DNA of 64,000 nt from Eledone cirrhosa (taxonomy: Eukaryota). Every line of letters begins with the position of its first letter. Within the stretch, counting starts at the first letter, position 1. The position numbers and the translations under genes were made by a program. The stretch covers positions 80,972,001 through 81,036,000 of the forward strand of contig OZ024741.1 of NCBI GenBank assembly GCA_964016885.1, given 5' to 3'. Below are positions 1 through 13,503 of the stretch, one piece after another. The notes beneath the pieces are model-generated. The model ran no database searches and had not been told where the DNA came from. It saw nothing but the letters and a program-made list of their open reading frames with translations.

Positions 1-419
1 ATTTCACTTGGGCTGTGTAATTTGTAGAATGGAAATATTATAAATATTTTCTTACCACATGTTGCTAGATGGTTACTCAGGGGTATCTGACAGACATTTG
101 GGTCTCTGATTTGCTGTCGGTGCACCCGTGCACGTTCCGATAGTGCATTTCCAGTTTGACCGACATATAGTTCTTCACAATTCGGGCATTTAATGCAGTA
201 AATTAGATTTCTGCTTTTGCAGTTCATATTTGTATTTGGGAATATTTTTCCAGTTTTTGTGTTCATATATTGATCGGTGTGTATGGATTGACATGTGCCA
301 CATCGACTATCATTGCATTTAGATACAGTGAATGATTGGTCTTTGTTGTTAAGGTCAAACTTTGCTTTTGTTTGTAATTGCTTCAAATTTTTCGGCTGTC
401 TTTACTAAGAGTCAAAGAT
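1..419 (-). mobile_element. Penelope-like element 3' part: linker and GIY-YIG endonuclease
   Basis: Minus strand reads KCNDSRCGTC and NMNCKSRNLIYCIKCPNCEELYVGQTGNALSERARVHRQQI. Confidence 0.88.
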
Positions 420-814
420 TATAAACACCCAGACACCCATCGATATCTGAATTTTAAGTCGTGCCATCCACCTCATACAAAACGCAACATCCCATACTGC
501 CTAGACAGAAGAATTTGTACCATTGTAGAAGATACGAATACCAGGAACAAACGCCTAACAGAACTGAAAGAATTTTTGCACAAACAAAAATACCCATCTC
601 TACTTATAGAAAATGGCATACAGCGGGCTATAAAAATACCTATACAACAACTTAGGACAACCCAAGGAAGAAGAAACCAAGAACTGGTCATACCATTTAT
701 AATGACACACAACCCATGTCACCAGAATATCTTCAACACTGCCAAAGCAAACCTACCGATCATTGCTCAAAGTAATGAATTAAAAGGCTTAATCACAAAC
801 CGATCTTTGACTCT
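420..814 (+). mobile_element. Penelope-like element RT thumb/linker segment (inverted 5' piece of the element at 1-419)
   Basis: YKHPDTHRYLNFKSCHPPHTKRNIPY...FLHKQKYP...IPFIMTHNP is typical of the PLE RT C-terminus. Confidence 0.88.
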
Positions 815-837
815 ATATGTATGTATATATATATAAT

Positions 838-883
<46 letters not shown>

Positions 884-932
884 CATATATATATATATGT
901 GTGTGTGTGTGTGTATGTATATATACACACAC

Positions 933-1327
<395 letters not shown>

Positions 1328-1328
1328 A

Positions 1329-1693
1329 TATATGAATGACGTAAAATAAGAAAATTATAAAAATTAACTTACTTACTAAAATTTCACTCCAACTAATTAG
1401 TTTCTGAAAGGGAATAAACATGGCTTCCAAATGGAAAGCATGGAGAAGCCGTTTCATCATCAGGAAGTCTGTTCTCAGCTAAGTTACCTGGCGATGCGTG
1501 GACACAGGGAACTTATACAAAAATAATTCAGTGAATGGAGAAAAGCATGCGTGGACTAAATTCCAAGACATTGAAAAAATCACTGCCTACTTGGTCGGTG
1601 GCAAATTCAAAAGAATCAATCACGTGACATCGGAGTGAAATTTTAGTAAGTAAGTTAATTTTTATAATTTTCTTATTTTACGTCATTCATATA
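1329..1693. mobile_element. Element with perfect 62 bp inverted repeats (MITE-like or inverted PLE pLTR)
   Basis: 1329-1390 is the exact reverse complement of 1632-1693; adjoins (TA)n. Confidence 0.75.
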
Positions 1694-2643
1694 ATTGTTC
1701 TGCATCCCCTTGCATTTAACCACAAAGTTACTAACACAAAACCTATATATTTGCTAACATAGGTATGCATCTATATATATATGTTGGTAGATATACTAAT
1801 TCTGTATATATATATATATGACGAAAGAAGTGTGGTAAGGAACCAGATGGATCATAACGCACCAGAGTACTCAATATTTAGGGTAGTAGAGTGGGTAATA
1901 GGAAAAAGTTTAACCCCGACGGCAGAGCTGAAACCATACTGCAATTGCGAGTTACTTTTTATCACCCCACTCTCTCTTAAAAGCATGTTCACACAATAGT
2001 ATTAATCTTTTTTTCCCTTTTACACGTGGCAAACTACATTGATTTTTTTTCTCCATTTATTTGTTGTAAACAGGTTTCCAGCTTTTTCCGTCTCTGGGGG
2101 TAATTTATTGAATTTTCCCTACTATTATTTATATTGATCGACTGATATTACAGTTATTTTCAGCGTTTAGGACTCTCACATTTTCAAATTTCAAACACAT
2201 CTAGAGCTTCGATAATTCATAAAGTTTTTTTATTCGGTTTTATTCTTTCACCGAGAATCACAAAGGAATGCTCAGATTTTCAAGAAGACATTTGTCAAAG
2301 ACGACTTATTAAAACCGAATATAGAAAACATGTAGTTGCAGGGCGAACTTGCTAAGCAAAAGTTTGTATTTATATCGTACCCATGTATATCGATTTTATT
2401 GTTAAGTTCTTAAACTTAGAAGTCTTCAGTTATTAAAGCAAAATACTTTGTCTCGGTAATGTCACTAATATATTTGAGGATATTAAGAATATTTTAAAAT
2501 GCAACGAATATTGAAAATGTGTTGTTTCTTGTTTTCTAGCCCCGGGTGAGGTTTCACTTAGAAGATACACGCTTTTGTATATCTCAGCCATTGTCATATA
2601 TATATATATATATATAGACACGCATCTGTGTGTATGCATACAT

Positions 2644-2691
<48 letters not shown>

Positions 2692-2972
2692 ACACACACA
2701 CACACATATATATATAGACACGCATCCCTGTGTATCCATACATGTGTCTCTCTCTATACATACACACTCACACACATACACACATATATATACACCACAC
2801 ATATATATACACACGCATATGTTAGTGTATGTATATACGTGTATATATATTATATATATATATATACATATATATATATCTGTATATATATATATACATA
2901 TATATATATATGCGTGTGTGTGTGTGTATGTATAGAGAGAGACACGTGTATGCATACACACAGATGCGTGTC

Positions 2973-3074
<102 letters not shown>

Positions 3075-3118
3075 ATTTATAGAGAGAGAGACAAACATGT
3101 ATGCATACACACAGATGC

Positions 3119-3208
<90 letters not shown>

Positions 3209-3859
3209 TTCATTGAGTCAGATGCTGTAGTCTATTTTTCTGAAGTGACCTAACAGATATTGTTTCTCAACTTTGATCTAAACAGCTGTTATGAAACATG
3301 ACATAACTCTATTCAGACAATGGTGAGTCTGGACAACTCACGGAAACAGTTGTCGTCGTCGATAAGATTATAATAGTGATCGATACACACACATATACAC
3401 ACACACGTACATACCCCCCCCCCACCCACACACACACATATATATATATAGATATAAATAAACTTACACAAACACTGTGGATGGCAGTCTGACTTAGAGA
3501 AGGGTCACTAAGATATCAAAACCAGGGTAGATGGGAAATCTCCCTGATTAGGGTGCGCTGCCAGTTGGCTGTGAGATAAGGCCCTAAGCTGTTGTTATGG
3601 CATTCTTCTAAGAGAGGGAAATTGAAGTGAAACCTGGTTATCCTGATTATCTTTGTCATTAGATAGTAATCACTAAGACTTACAAAGGGACATTCGTGTT
3701 ATACAAGCGTTTGTTACGACAATTTATGACCTACAAATGTCTCTTTTTCAATCTTCTCAACTGACATTCTCCCCCCCCCCTCTCTCTCCCCGTCTCTCTC
3801 TCTATATATATTGCACATGCATTAGTTGTAGTTCAATTAATTATTACTATTTACATTTT

Positions 3860-4078
3860 GCGTGGATTGGCAGTATCGGTAGAGGGTCGGACTCCATGCT
3901 TTGCAGAATAGAGTTGCGGCCCTTTATGATCTGAGTTCAAATCCCGCCGAGGTTAACTTTGCCTTTCATCCTTACGGGGTTGATAAAATAAAGTACCAGT
4001 AATGCACTGAGATCAATATAATCGATTTTCCCCTCCTCCAAAATGGTTGGCCTTGTGCCAAATGTAGAAACAATTATT
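3860..4078 (+). mobile_element. tRNA-derived SINE with Deu/Nin-type central domain
   Basis: A-box-like tggcagtatcgg, B-box gagttcaaatcc, core gcctttcatccttacggggttgataaaataaagtaccag, 3' ggccttgtgccaaa...gaaacaattatt. Confidence 0.85.
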
Positions 4079-4701
4079 TCATGGTCGATAAATAAAGTAT
4101 CTATCCAGCGTTGAAAAATTAAGAATGGGTGCCTGGTTTCCAGAATGCTGCCTACACTCACGGTATTATACCAGTTAGACAACGCGAATTTCGGCCGGAA
4201 TACAGCGCTTGCTTTCTGTTGAGATTAATGAAGAATATAAGGAACGATCTCTTGTCGGAGATTCTGGGCAACGATGTGACAATCTGTGCAGATTCTTCTG
4301 AAGAACGTCCAGGTTGTGCATCATTGGTAATTCCATGGCATTGGAGTGCTAAAGGGTATGGATGGGCACTACCAGTTTGGGATAACCCACACAGACAGAG
4401 AGAGTTACCTTGGGAGAGATTTAATAGTCCCTATATATTTCGGATTCACATCCATCCCTGGGGGTTTTTTCCGGGGTGGGGGAAAAGGTTCTGTCGGACA
4501 ACTCGGAACGCGTCTTTCGCTGTTTGTTGATTTGAATATCTGAGGTATTCGGCCGAGCGCGCGTGCGCGTGAAATGGGGTCGGTCGTACAGAGGTCAGCG
4601 GCCGAATGAGGGAGTGGGATGGCGCTAGCTGTCAGTCCATTCTCTGCCTGTTTGTTAAATGTTACTCTGTGTGTGTGTGTGCGTGTGTTGTTGTCTCGCT
4701 T

Positions 4702-4741
<40 letters not shown>

Positions 4742-4994
4742 GTGTGTGTAGTTGTCTCGTTTGCGTGTGTGTGCGTGTGTGCGTGTGTTGTTGCATCGCT
4801 TGTTAACTTAAACCAGCCATTTCATTTCGCTTCTCTCTGATCGGTTGTTTATTTGCGGTTGCAGTCGTTTGATAAAAAGCGCTTCCTTGATACGTAACAT
4901 GCCGACGTTTCTTTCAGTCGCTAGAATTGTGACAATGGGCCTTCCGTCTTTGTTTCCGCATTTGTCTATGTGTTTCCGGAAAGACGGGGCCCTG

Positions 4995-5160
4995 GTTTTA
5001 ATTGACCCCAGTGTGTGACTGCTACTTTATTTTATCGACCTCGTAAGGATGAAAGGCAAAGTTAACCTCGGCGGGATTTGAACTTAGATCATGAAGAGCC
5101 ATAACGCTATGCTGCAAAGCATATAGTCGACGCTCTAGGGATACTGCGAATCCACCGCCC
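4995..5160 (-). mobile_element. Deu/Nin-type SINE
   Basis: Reverse complement of the 3860-4078 family. Confidence 0.8.
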
Positions 5161-5337
5161 TTATCTATACTATAAATGAGAGTGCATGTGCGTATATGTG
5201 TATGACTCCCAAAGGCTCCGAAAAGGTACATCCTAGAGAAAAACCATTTTCATTTTCGAATTTTGCGTCCCAAGAAAAATGTCTTAGGGTTGTTAGTTAT
5301 CAAAAATTGTAATGGTTACGAGATATAAATCAACTTA

Positions 5338-5437
<100 letters not shown>

Positions 5438-5554
5438 CGCTTTTCCCCTCTGTATATAACTTTACCACACGCACTCTCTCCCTCTTTCGATATCTTCTAT
5501 GGAGGTGGTGGTGGGAGTAATATAGTGGTGGAAGTGTGGTGGCAGTTGTAATAA

Positions 5555-5615
<61 letters not shown>

Positions 5616-5646
5616 GGTAGTAGTAGTGGTGGTAGTTGTAGAAATG

Positions 5647-5700
<54 letters not shown>
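5555..5700. repeat. (TAG)n microsatellite
   Basis: Seen directly. Confidence 0.95.
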
Positions 5701-6019
5701 ATGTGACTGTGAAATTGGTAAATCAAGAGCTGTTAAAAAGAACTCCAAAGGTTTCGAAGCTCTATCAATCTGTCGACACTGTGGTGGAACAGTCGGAAGC
5801 TGTCAAATATTCCTCAACTATTGAGAACCATCAGGAATGGCTCCACATGTCCTTCACCTTAAAGAAGCAGCACTCATCATGTTATTGAGGAATTTGGACC
5901 AACCAAGGCTATGCAACGGTACTCTATTGGTTGTGAAATATATGTATCCACACGTGATTCAAACCACCATTACAACAGGATGTGTTCGTTCCAAAAATAC
6001 CTCTTGTCTCCACTGATAT

Positions 6020-6145
6020 CCCATTTCAATTCAAACGCCGTCTCGATGGCTGCCTGTTTAATTTTCGTTGACTATAGGCCGACACGAAAACCTTGGAGCA
6101 ACTGATCCAAGACCTCCTCTTTGCCGACGATGCTGCTCTTTCACT
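6020..6145 (+). mobile_element. RTE-clade LINE RT fragment
   Basis: Translates RLDGCLFNFR*L*ADTKTLEQLIQDLLFADDAAL. Confidence 0.7.
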
Positions 6146-6285
6146 TACACACATGCTTTTCTGTTGAGGAAGAGAAAATCGGAGAGTTTTTCACAGCGGT
6201 GTTTATAAACTGTAGTTATATCTATATTAAATTTATCTTAGATTTTCTAATATATGCTGTGTTGTGCATACCTATTTATTATATA

Positions 6286-6453
6286 CCGTATTTCCCGGCG
6301 TCGAAGGTGCTACTTTTTTCCTAAAATAAGTCTTAAAAATCTACCATGCGCCCAGGAGGCCGAAGGTCGTTTATTATTTTTATTCAAATTTTTGGTTGTC
6401 AAAATTAGGTTGCGTCCTCGAGAACGAAGCGTCTTCGGTGCCAGGAAATACGG
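6286..6453. mobile_element. Tc1/mariner-pogo type MITE
   Basis: TIRs ccgtatttcccggc and gccaggaaatacgg; TA on both sides (6284-6285, 6454-6455). Confidence 0.8.
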
Positions 6454-6976
6454 TAATAAATTCTACCACTGACAAATGCAGATTATGAAAATTAGATTGA
6501 CCATTTCAGTGTAATTTTCTAATTTATGTTTAATATAAATAACATCTGACTATAGAAGGACGGTAATTATTCTGGTGTTCTGATGGAGGGTCTATAAGAA
6601 GTGAAATGTGTTACGGCAATCTCTTATGCTTTGTTTTTTTTATTCCTGTAGACAAGAAGAATTACAAAGTGTTTTCAGCATTTAAAAAAATTTTCAGAGA
6701 AAAGTTTATAAACTGTAGTTACACTTACAGTAAATTTATCTTAGATTTTCTAATATACGCTGTGCTGTGCTTAAATATTTATTATTGAATACACACACGT
6801 ACAATTGAATACATACGACTATAGATATATATATGTGTATGTGTATTTATGTATATCGCACACACATATACACACATGCATGCATACATGTGTGTGCCTG
6901 TGCATGTATATATATATATATATATATATACATGTGTGTGTTGTGTGTGCATATATATATATATATATATATACAT

Positions 6977-7068
<92 letters not shown>

Positions 7069-7362
7069 ATATGCGTGTGTATATGTGATACATAGACACA
7101 TATATACACACACCTGAAACCTCTACTTCCATTCTCAAAGTAAAATACAAATAATTTCTTCCAATTGTTCACTATTATTGAATTCCTTTATTTTATTGCC
7201 TTTTTTATTGGTTTTGTTGTTCTTCCTAATGGATATCGATTATATAGATATATTGTTGTTTACGTTGTGAAGTGAATTTATTTCAAGGTTGTTTTCACGT
7301 CTCTCACGGTCTCTCTCTCTCTCCTTCTCCTCCTCTGTATCTCACCCACACATATACATAGA

Positions 7363-7415
<53 letters not shown>

Positions 7416-7443
7416 ATTCTTTACCTCTCCACCCCCACCCCTT

Positions 7444-7508
<65 letters not shown>

Positions 7509-8011
7509 ATATATATTTTTTCAAAATGGCTGACGTATTTTCTACCTGGAAAAAAATGTTCCTTTTTTCTTTCTTCTTCTTCTTCTTCTTCTTCTTCTTC
7601 TTCTTCTTCTTCTTCTTCTTCTTCTTCTTCTTCTCCCCCCCTCTCTCTCCTTTCTCTCTCTCTCTCATCCTAAGTTCCGGTGAAACACTCACGCCTGACA
7701 CGTTGAGAATTGTATCATATTATATCCTGTCCATGGCACCAGCCTAGGAAAGGTGTTTATGCACCAGACCAGCAATCACCCATTCATACTGGACCCCCAT
7801 TTCTTTGCTACTGACGCTTTTCAAGGGAAAGGCAGAGGCTAATACAGCTTGGCACCAGTGTTATCATACAAGATATATCAAAAACAAAGACATAGGTTGG
7901 CTCCAGTGTCGTCACTATATATATATATATAAGTTTAACCTAGGTTCAATCGGGGGTAACCACAGTAAGTAAGGTACTCAATACATAGCAGAGTATAAAT
8001 ATTTAATATAG

Positions 8012-8070
8012 AAATGGCTTCCTGATGATTTCTCCCGAATGAAACAGTTCTAGTCCTGTAGAAGCCATTT
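8012..8070 (+). ncRNA. Type I hammerhead ribozyme motif
   Basis: Stem I aaatggcttc/gaagccattt; CTGATGA at 8022-8028; stem II ttc-tccc-gaa flanked by U.U; GAAA at 8041-8044; stem III cag/ctg; GUA cleavage triplet ending at 8060. Confidence 0.75.
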
Positions 8071-8521
8071 ATATATATATATATATATATATATAGTGCC
8101 CCAGCATGGTCTCAGCCGGATGGCTGGAACAAGCAAAAAAGTAAGATATATATACATACATACACGTGTGTGTGTGTAGATGTGTATATGCATGAATACG
8201 CAGTACGTGCGCATGTGCCCTTTTGTATGCGTGTATATATATATTATGTGTGTGTGTGTGCATGAATGAATGGGTAGTATATACCTATTTGGTTTTTTGT
8301 ATGTGTTCAAAATTATAAGGTATTTTTTTAAAAATAGTTCCTGATGTGAAATCAGTTGGCAAAGAATAGGTAAACTAGTGGAATGGAGAATATGTCCTCA
8401 GGCATCGCTTTCTTTCTCCGTGGTGGGCTTTAGAAATAGAGTGTATATATATATATATATATATACACTCTATTTCTAAAGCCCACCACGGAGAATATAT
8501 ATATGTATATATATATATATA

Positions 8522-9157
8522 TATGATTTTTAATGCGACGAAATACCAATGATGGTTGGCAAATCACTGACGAAGGACTAATTTTATCATATGTAACCCA
8601 TGTGCAACCACGCATTATTTTTCTTTCTTCTGATGTTTTTTATATATATTTACCTCGGCTGCGTTTGTCTGTTTCTCTCTTACTGCTTCCCCGTTCTCTC
8701 TGTTGCTCTCACCTTCTTTCGCCCCCTCTGTCAGTTATACTTTCTCTCGACTGACCTCTTCCTCGCACTTCCACTCACTCACTCTCTGTTTCTCCCCTTC
8801 TCACTTCCTCCCGTTTGGTTAGTAGTGGGTCTCTTCTTGCTCACATCTCACTCACGTCGGACGGTCTGTATCTTGATCGCTCATGAAATCCACCCAGCTT
8901 ATGCTGACCGGATAACCATGTTGCTTGTTTATTCCCATCTTTGCGTTGCTTTCATCCTTCTATGTTGTTTACTTGTCTCACTCGCTTTACGCGATTTACT
9001 TGTCCCAATAACTTTTTTTAGTTATTGCTCGCACCAACCTGAGGTATATGATTTTTAATGCGACGAAATATCAATGATGGTTGGCAAATCACTGACGAAG
9101 GACTAATTTTATCATATGTAACCCATGTGCAACCACGCAGTATTCTTCTTTCTTCTC

Positions 9158-9165
<8 letters not shown>
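8522..9165 (+). mobile_element. Element with about 118 bp direct terminal repeats between (TA)n tracts (pLTR- or TRIM-like)
   Basis: 8522-8640 and 9047-9165 are nearly identical (tatgatttttaatgcgacgaaat...cttct). Confidence 0.6.
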
Positions 9166-9231
<66 letters not shown>

Positions 9232-9244
9232 GTATATGTATATA

Positions 9245-9321
<77 letters not shown>

Positions 9322-9671
9322 CGAGAGAGAGGGGGGAGAAGAGAGAGAGAGGAGTGATGGATAAAGTTGGGGGTATAACTATGCGTAGACGGATAGATAG
9401 ATAGATAAATAGATAGATAGATAGATAGATAGATAGATTTCTTTATTAGCCACAAGGGCGCACAAGAAAAGGGGACAATACAAAGACATGCCGGGGATTT
9501 TACATACAGTCGTGTAAAAAATATAAAAACAAACAATTACAGCAATCGAAATCTCCAATAGGGGGGAGGCGCCACAAATGAGTTGTTTAATACCCCGTCG
9601 ATAGAACAACCCTCTACTCCAGGAGCGTGTTGTGCAAGTGCTCCTTTCTTCCTTTTGCTCTTTTCCTCAAC

Positions 9672-12600
9672 CTACAGGCTTATAAACAGAGAAGGCCCAA
9701 TCACTCGGGCTATTTTCGCTTCATTCACCCACCTTTCAGTAAATTTACTGGGGTGCAGTGCCTCTCTCTCCACCCTGATTCTCCTTCTAAAGTGATATTT
9801 AAAGAAGGGAATCAATTGTTGTACGGACAGAAAGGCATCTGTCCTCAGTCCTCTCAACCTCGTCCACCATATAACTTCTTTCACCATAGCAACTGTACAG
9901 AGGAAAACCGCCTCTCTTTCGTTTTTGAAAGAGGCTGGCGGTTTGATCCTTACTATGGACTCGGCAGTCAACTGGATTTGTCCCATACGCGACAGCAGTT
10001 GTTCTGCATAGTTACACAGGTCGGTTACGCCCAGGCAGTGTACAATTGCGTGCAGGACTGTTTCAATGTCCTGCGCGCATCTTGGACACGTCCTCTTGGA
10101 AGGATCCTTGCCGGGGCGTCCGTGCCTGTAGATCTTGTCACGAACCAGTAGAGCTCCTCGGTAGCACTGCCAGGCCAGGGACCTCTGGAAGTTGTCCATA
10201 GGTCCCGGGCGGAAAGTCCTACAAAACAGACTGGTGAGCTCATCGTCTTCGACGCCCAGAGTCTCTCCGAGCACGTCGTCGCCCTTGTAACGTACAATCC
10301 CTCTATAGAATGTCGAAGTGGAGTCTCCACTGATTGCTGCGCCCGCATGCCAGACGACTGTGAGCGCCTGAGCGCATTCAATGTGCCAGGCGCCCATCGT
10401 TTTCGGTCTTTTCTGCACCCAGGACTGCAGCTCCGTCAGCGAGACGAGCTGTGGGAAAGCCTGTCTCACAAATGGTGCCCACACCGGTTGGGGGTCGGTG
10501 AGGAATACCTGGAGATGCCGCAGCCTCAGCGCATGTTTGCGCATCATCAGCCACGGCATTCCCAGCCCTCCGTTGGAAGGGTGCTGACAGCAGACGGATC
10601 TCCTCACCAGCGGAGCCTGCTTCTTCCACAGAAACTGGAAGAGCATGCGTTCCATCTTGGCGAGGTGTTCACGAGGACAAGGCACGACAGTCAAGCGGGA
10701 GCAGATGACGGACGCAATGAAAGTGTTCGCCACCTCCGCTCGACCTTTCAAGGACAGTTTGCACTCTGCCCACTTCTGGGTGAGTGCAAACACCTTGGCC
10801 GTGACCTCGTTCCAGTTTTTCTCCACCTGGAGGTCTGGACCGAACCAGACCCCGAGCAATTTCACTGGTCCGTCCGTCCAGCGTCCAACGACGCTGTCGG
10901 ACGTCATCGGTTTGCCTCTCCACGTACCGAGTTGCAAACCGACAGACTTGTCCGGGTTTAGTTTTGCTCCCGTCAGCGTTTCGTATTCTTTCAGTAAGTT
11001 GCCGATCACCCCAATTTCCGAGGTGCTCGACACCATTACCATAACGTCGTCGGCATAAGCCGACGCCGCTTTGCGCAGTCTCGGTTCTAGAGGGATGCCC
11101 TGCAACAGCTCCAATTTCCGCAGTAGTGGCTCTAGAGTTAATACATACAGAATGGAGGAGAGAGGGCACCCCTGTCGAATGGAACGCGTGATTGCGAACG
11201 GCTCTGATAGGTAGCCGTTCACCTTGACCCTCGAGCAGATGCTGGTGTGCATCGCCTCGATCCATCCTCTGAATACGGGACCGAAATCGGCCGCCTTGAG
11301 AACCGCTTCCAATATCGATGGTCGACCCTGTCGAATGCCTTAGACTGATCCAAGTTGGTCAGAGCCCCACCGAAGCCGGGTTTACTACCCACCCTCTCTA
11401 TGATGTATCGCATGAGCTGGAGGTTGTCGTGTATGGACCTAGTCGGGATTGCACACGTTTGCGTTTTCCCTACCAGGTTCTCGACGACAAGCGCCAACCT
11501 CGTCGCTAGCACCTTGGCCAAAATCTGTGTTGAGCAGAGTTATGGGCCTGAAGTTGTTAATTTCGTCCCCTTTGTTCTCGTCTTTCCTGATCAGCGTTAC
11601 TACGCCCTTGCCTGCAGAACTGGGAATTCTCCCGTTCTGCTGCCAATTGCAGTAGACGGCTTCGAGGACACCAGAGAACAAGTCCGGCATGCCTATGTAA
11701 AATTCGTAGGGTAGACTATCTAGACCGGGTGACTTGCGTTTCCCGCAGCGGCCCAGAGCGTCCCGTATCTCAGTGTCCGTGATCGGTCTTTCGCAGAACT
11801 CGGCGTCCGTGTTCGAGAGACGCGGCAGGCCGTCGAGGTATGAACTAAAGTCCATTGCCCCGTTCGGCTCACCGTCGTTCTGCTCAAACAGTCGCGCAAA
11901 GTGCCGCTGAAAGGCCGCGCACATTTTCTTGGGGTCAAGTAGCACGCGTCCGTTTTGGTCTTTCAAAGACCGAATCCTGGACTTGTCACTTTTTGCCTCC
12001 GTCACTCGGGCCCAGCTGACAGCTTTCACTCCTTCGTTTCCTAGAGCACGTGTTTTGTTTCTGACCACGCAGCCTTCGTGTTTCACATCGAAGAACTGGT
12101 CCAGTGCCGTTCTCGACGCTAACACTCTAGCCGCGTTGCCACTTCTAAGTGCCTCCTCTACCTTGGCTACTAGTTCTCTTTCTATTCTGTTTTTCTCTAA
12201 GGCTAACTCTCTGCTATACCCTATCGATTCTATTCTAATTGCTTTCTTGAGAGAGTACCACCATCTATTGTTGACGATGGCTCCCGTTAACTGTTGCTTG
12301 ACTAGTCTACTTATCCGTTCACTGTAAGCATTACGTGCCGGTAACGACACGTTCAGCTTCCAGTATCCGGGACGCTGTCTATGTATTCTATCACGGTTGA
12401 CTAAGCAGACGACTAACTTGTGATCTGAATAGGCAACCATGTACATTCGTGGACAGCTTAACATCTCCTTGTCCCTTTCTCTAATGAAGAACCTATCTAA
12501 ATACGATCTAGATGTCCCACTGCGGTTTGCCCACGTCCACTGTGGTGCAGTCGGGAAATCCAGTCGATACCTATCGGCCAGTTGGAATTGGCCGATTAAA

Positions 12601-13106
12601 GTTTTGAGGCTGTAGTACCCCGCTCTACTGGGACATGGTCCCACATAGTCCCATCGTGCATCTAGGATACCATTCCAGCCCCCCACTAAAAGTAAGGAGC
12701 GAGACGTTCCCAGAAAAGACTCTAGACGCTTAAAGTAGTCTGGCCATGATTGCGATTGCCCGGTCGGGGCATAAACGGCCACCAGTCTGAAGGCTCCACC
12801 TCCGATACTGTACACGTCTAGGACTACCAGTCTACCCTCCGGGTCCAAGTGTACTTGCTGTACTTCGACGTCCAGGTTCTTCCGAAACATGACAGCCACT
12901 CCACCTCCACCTCCTGGCTGACAGAGAGATGCGTAGATCTCAAAGTCTTCGAAGATGGGGGTTAGTTGCTGCCTGTTGTGGATCCTGGACTCGGTAATGG
13001 CTATCACATCCATACTGTGTGACCTAAGGTCGTTTAAAAGTTGGCCCTGTTTCCAGGGCATCCCTAGGCCACGCACATTCACGGTTCCAACTCGTAAACT
13101 AGCCAT
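9672..13106 (-). pseudogene. Tx1-type ORF2 (APE endonuclease, reverse transcriptase, Zn motif) with two frameshifts
   Basis: Pieces 13106-11439 (GTVNVRGL, VYAP, YLDRF, SDHK, SPGLDSLP, FRPITLLNTD), 11521-11219 (LDQSKAFDRVDH) and 11312-9672 (RQGCPLS, AYADD, CPRC...HAIVHC); frameshifts near 11520 and 11312. Confidence 0.92.
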
Positions 13107-13503
13107 GTTGGTGAAGAAAAGTTGGAGAAAAAGGACGAAAGGTGCACTTACCTCTTCGTTTCCTGGAGATCGGGTTGTTCAATCTCCATTTGGGTGCTGG
13201 ATGGGGTGTTGGGTGGGGTGGGGAAACATTTTAACAGGACGCGGTTGATGGGTTTGTGGCAGGGGTTGCCCACGTCCTGTGAAAATTTATTTTTTAGATC
13301 ATTATAGGTTTCCATAGAAACCCTTATAAGTTTAAGGTGTCGAGACGATTCTGCCTTGACGAAAGTTTTGCCCCCCGTATCCACCTTGGGGTTTTGGGAG
13401 ATGACCTCCATCAAACTCTGGTTGTTTGTGTTGATGTATGCGTATTGTTGTTTGTGTTTTTGTTGTGTTGTTTTAGTTTGTTGTTTGTCCGGGAGTTTTC
13501 TTT

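Noticed and set aside
4129-4530. 133 aa plus-strand ORF
   Set aside because: Non-ATG start, no recognisable domain and no supporting splice structure.
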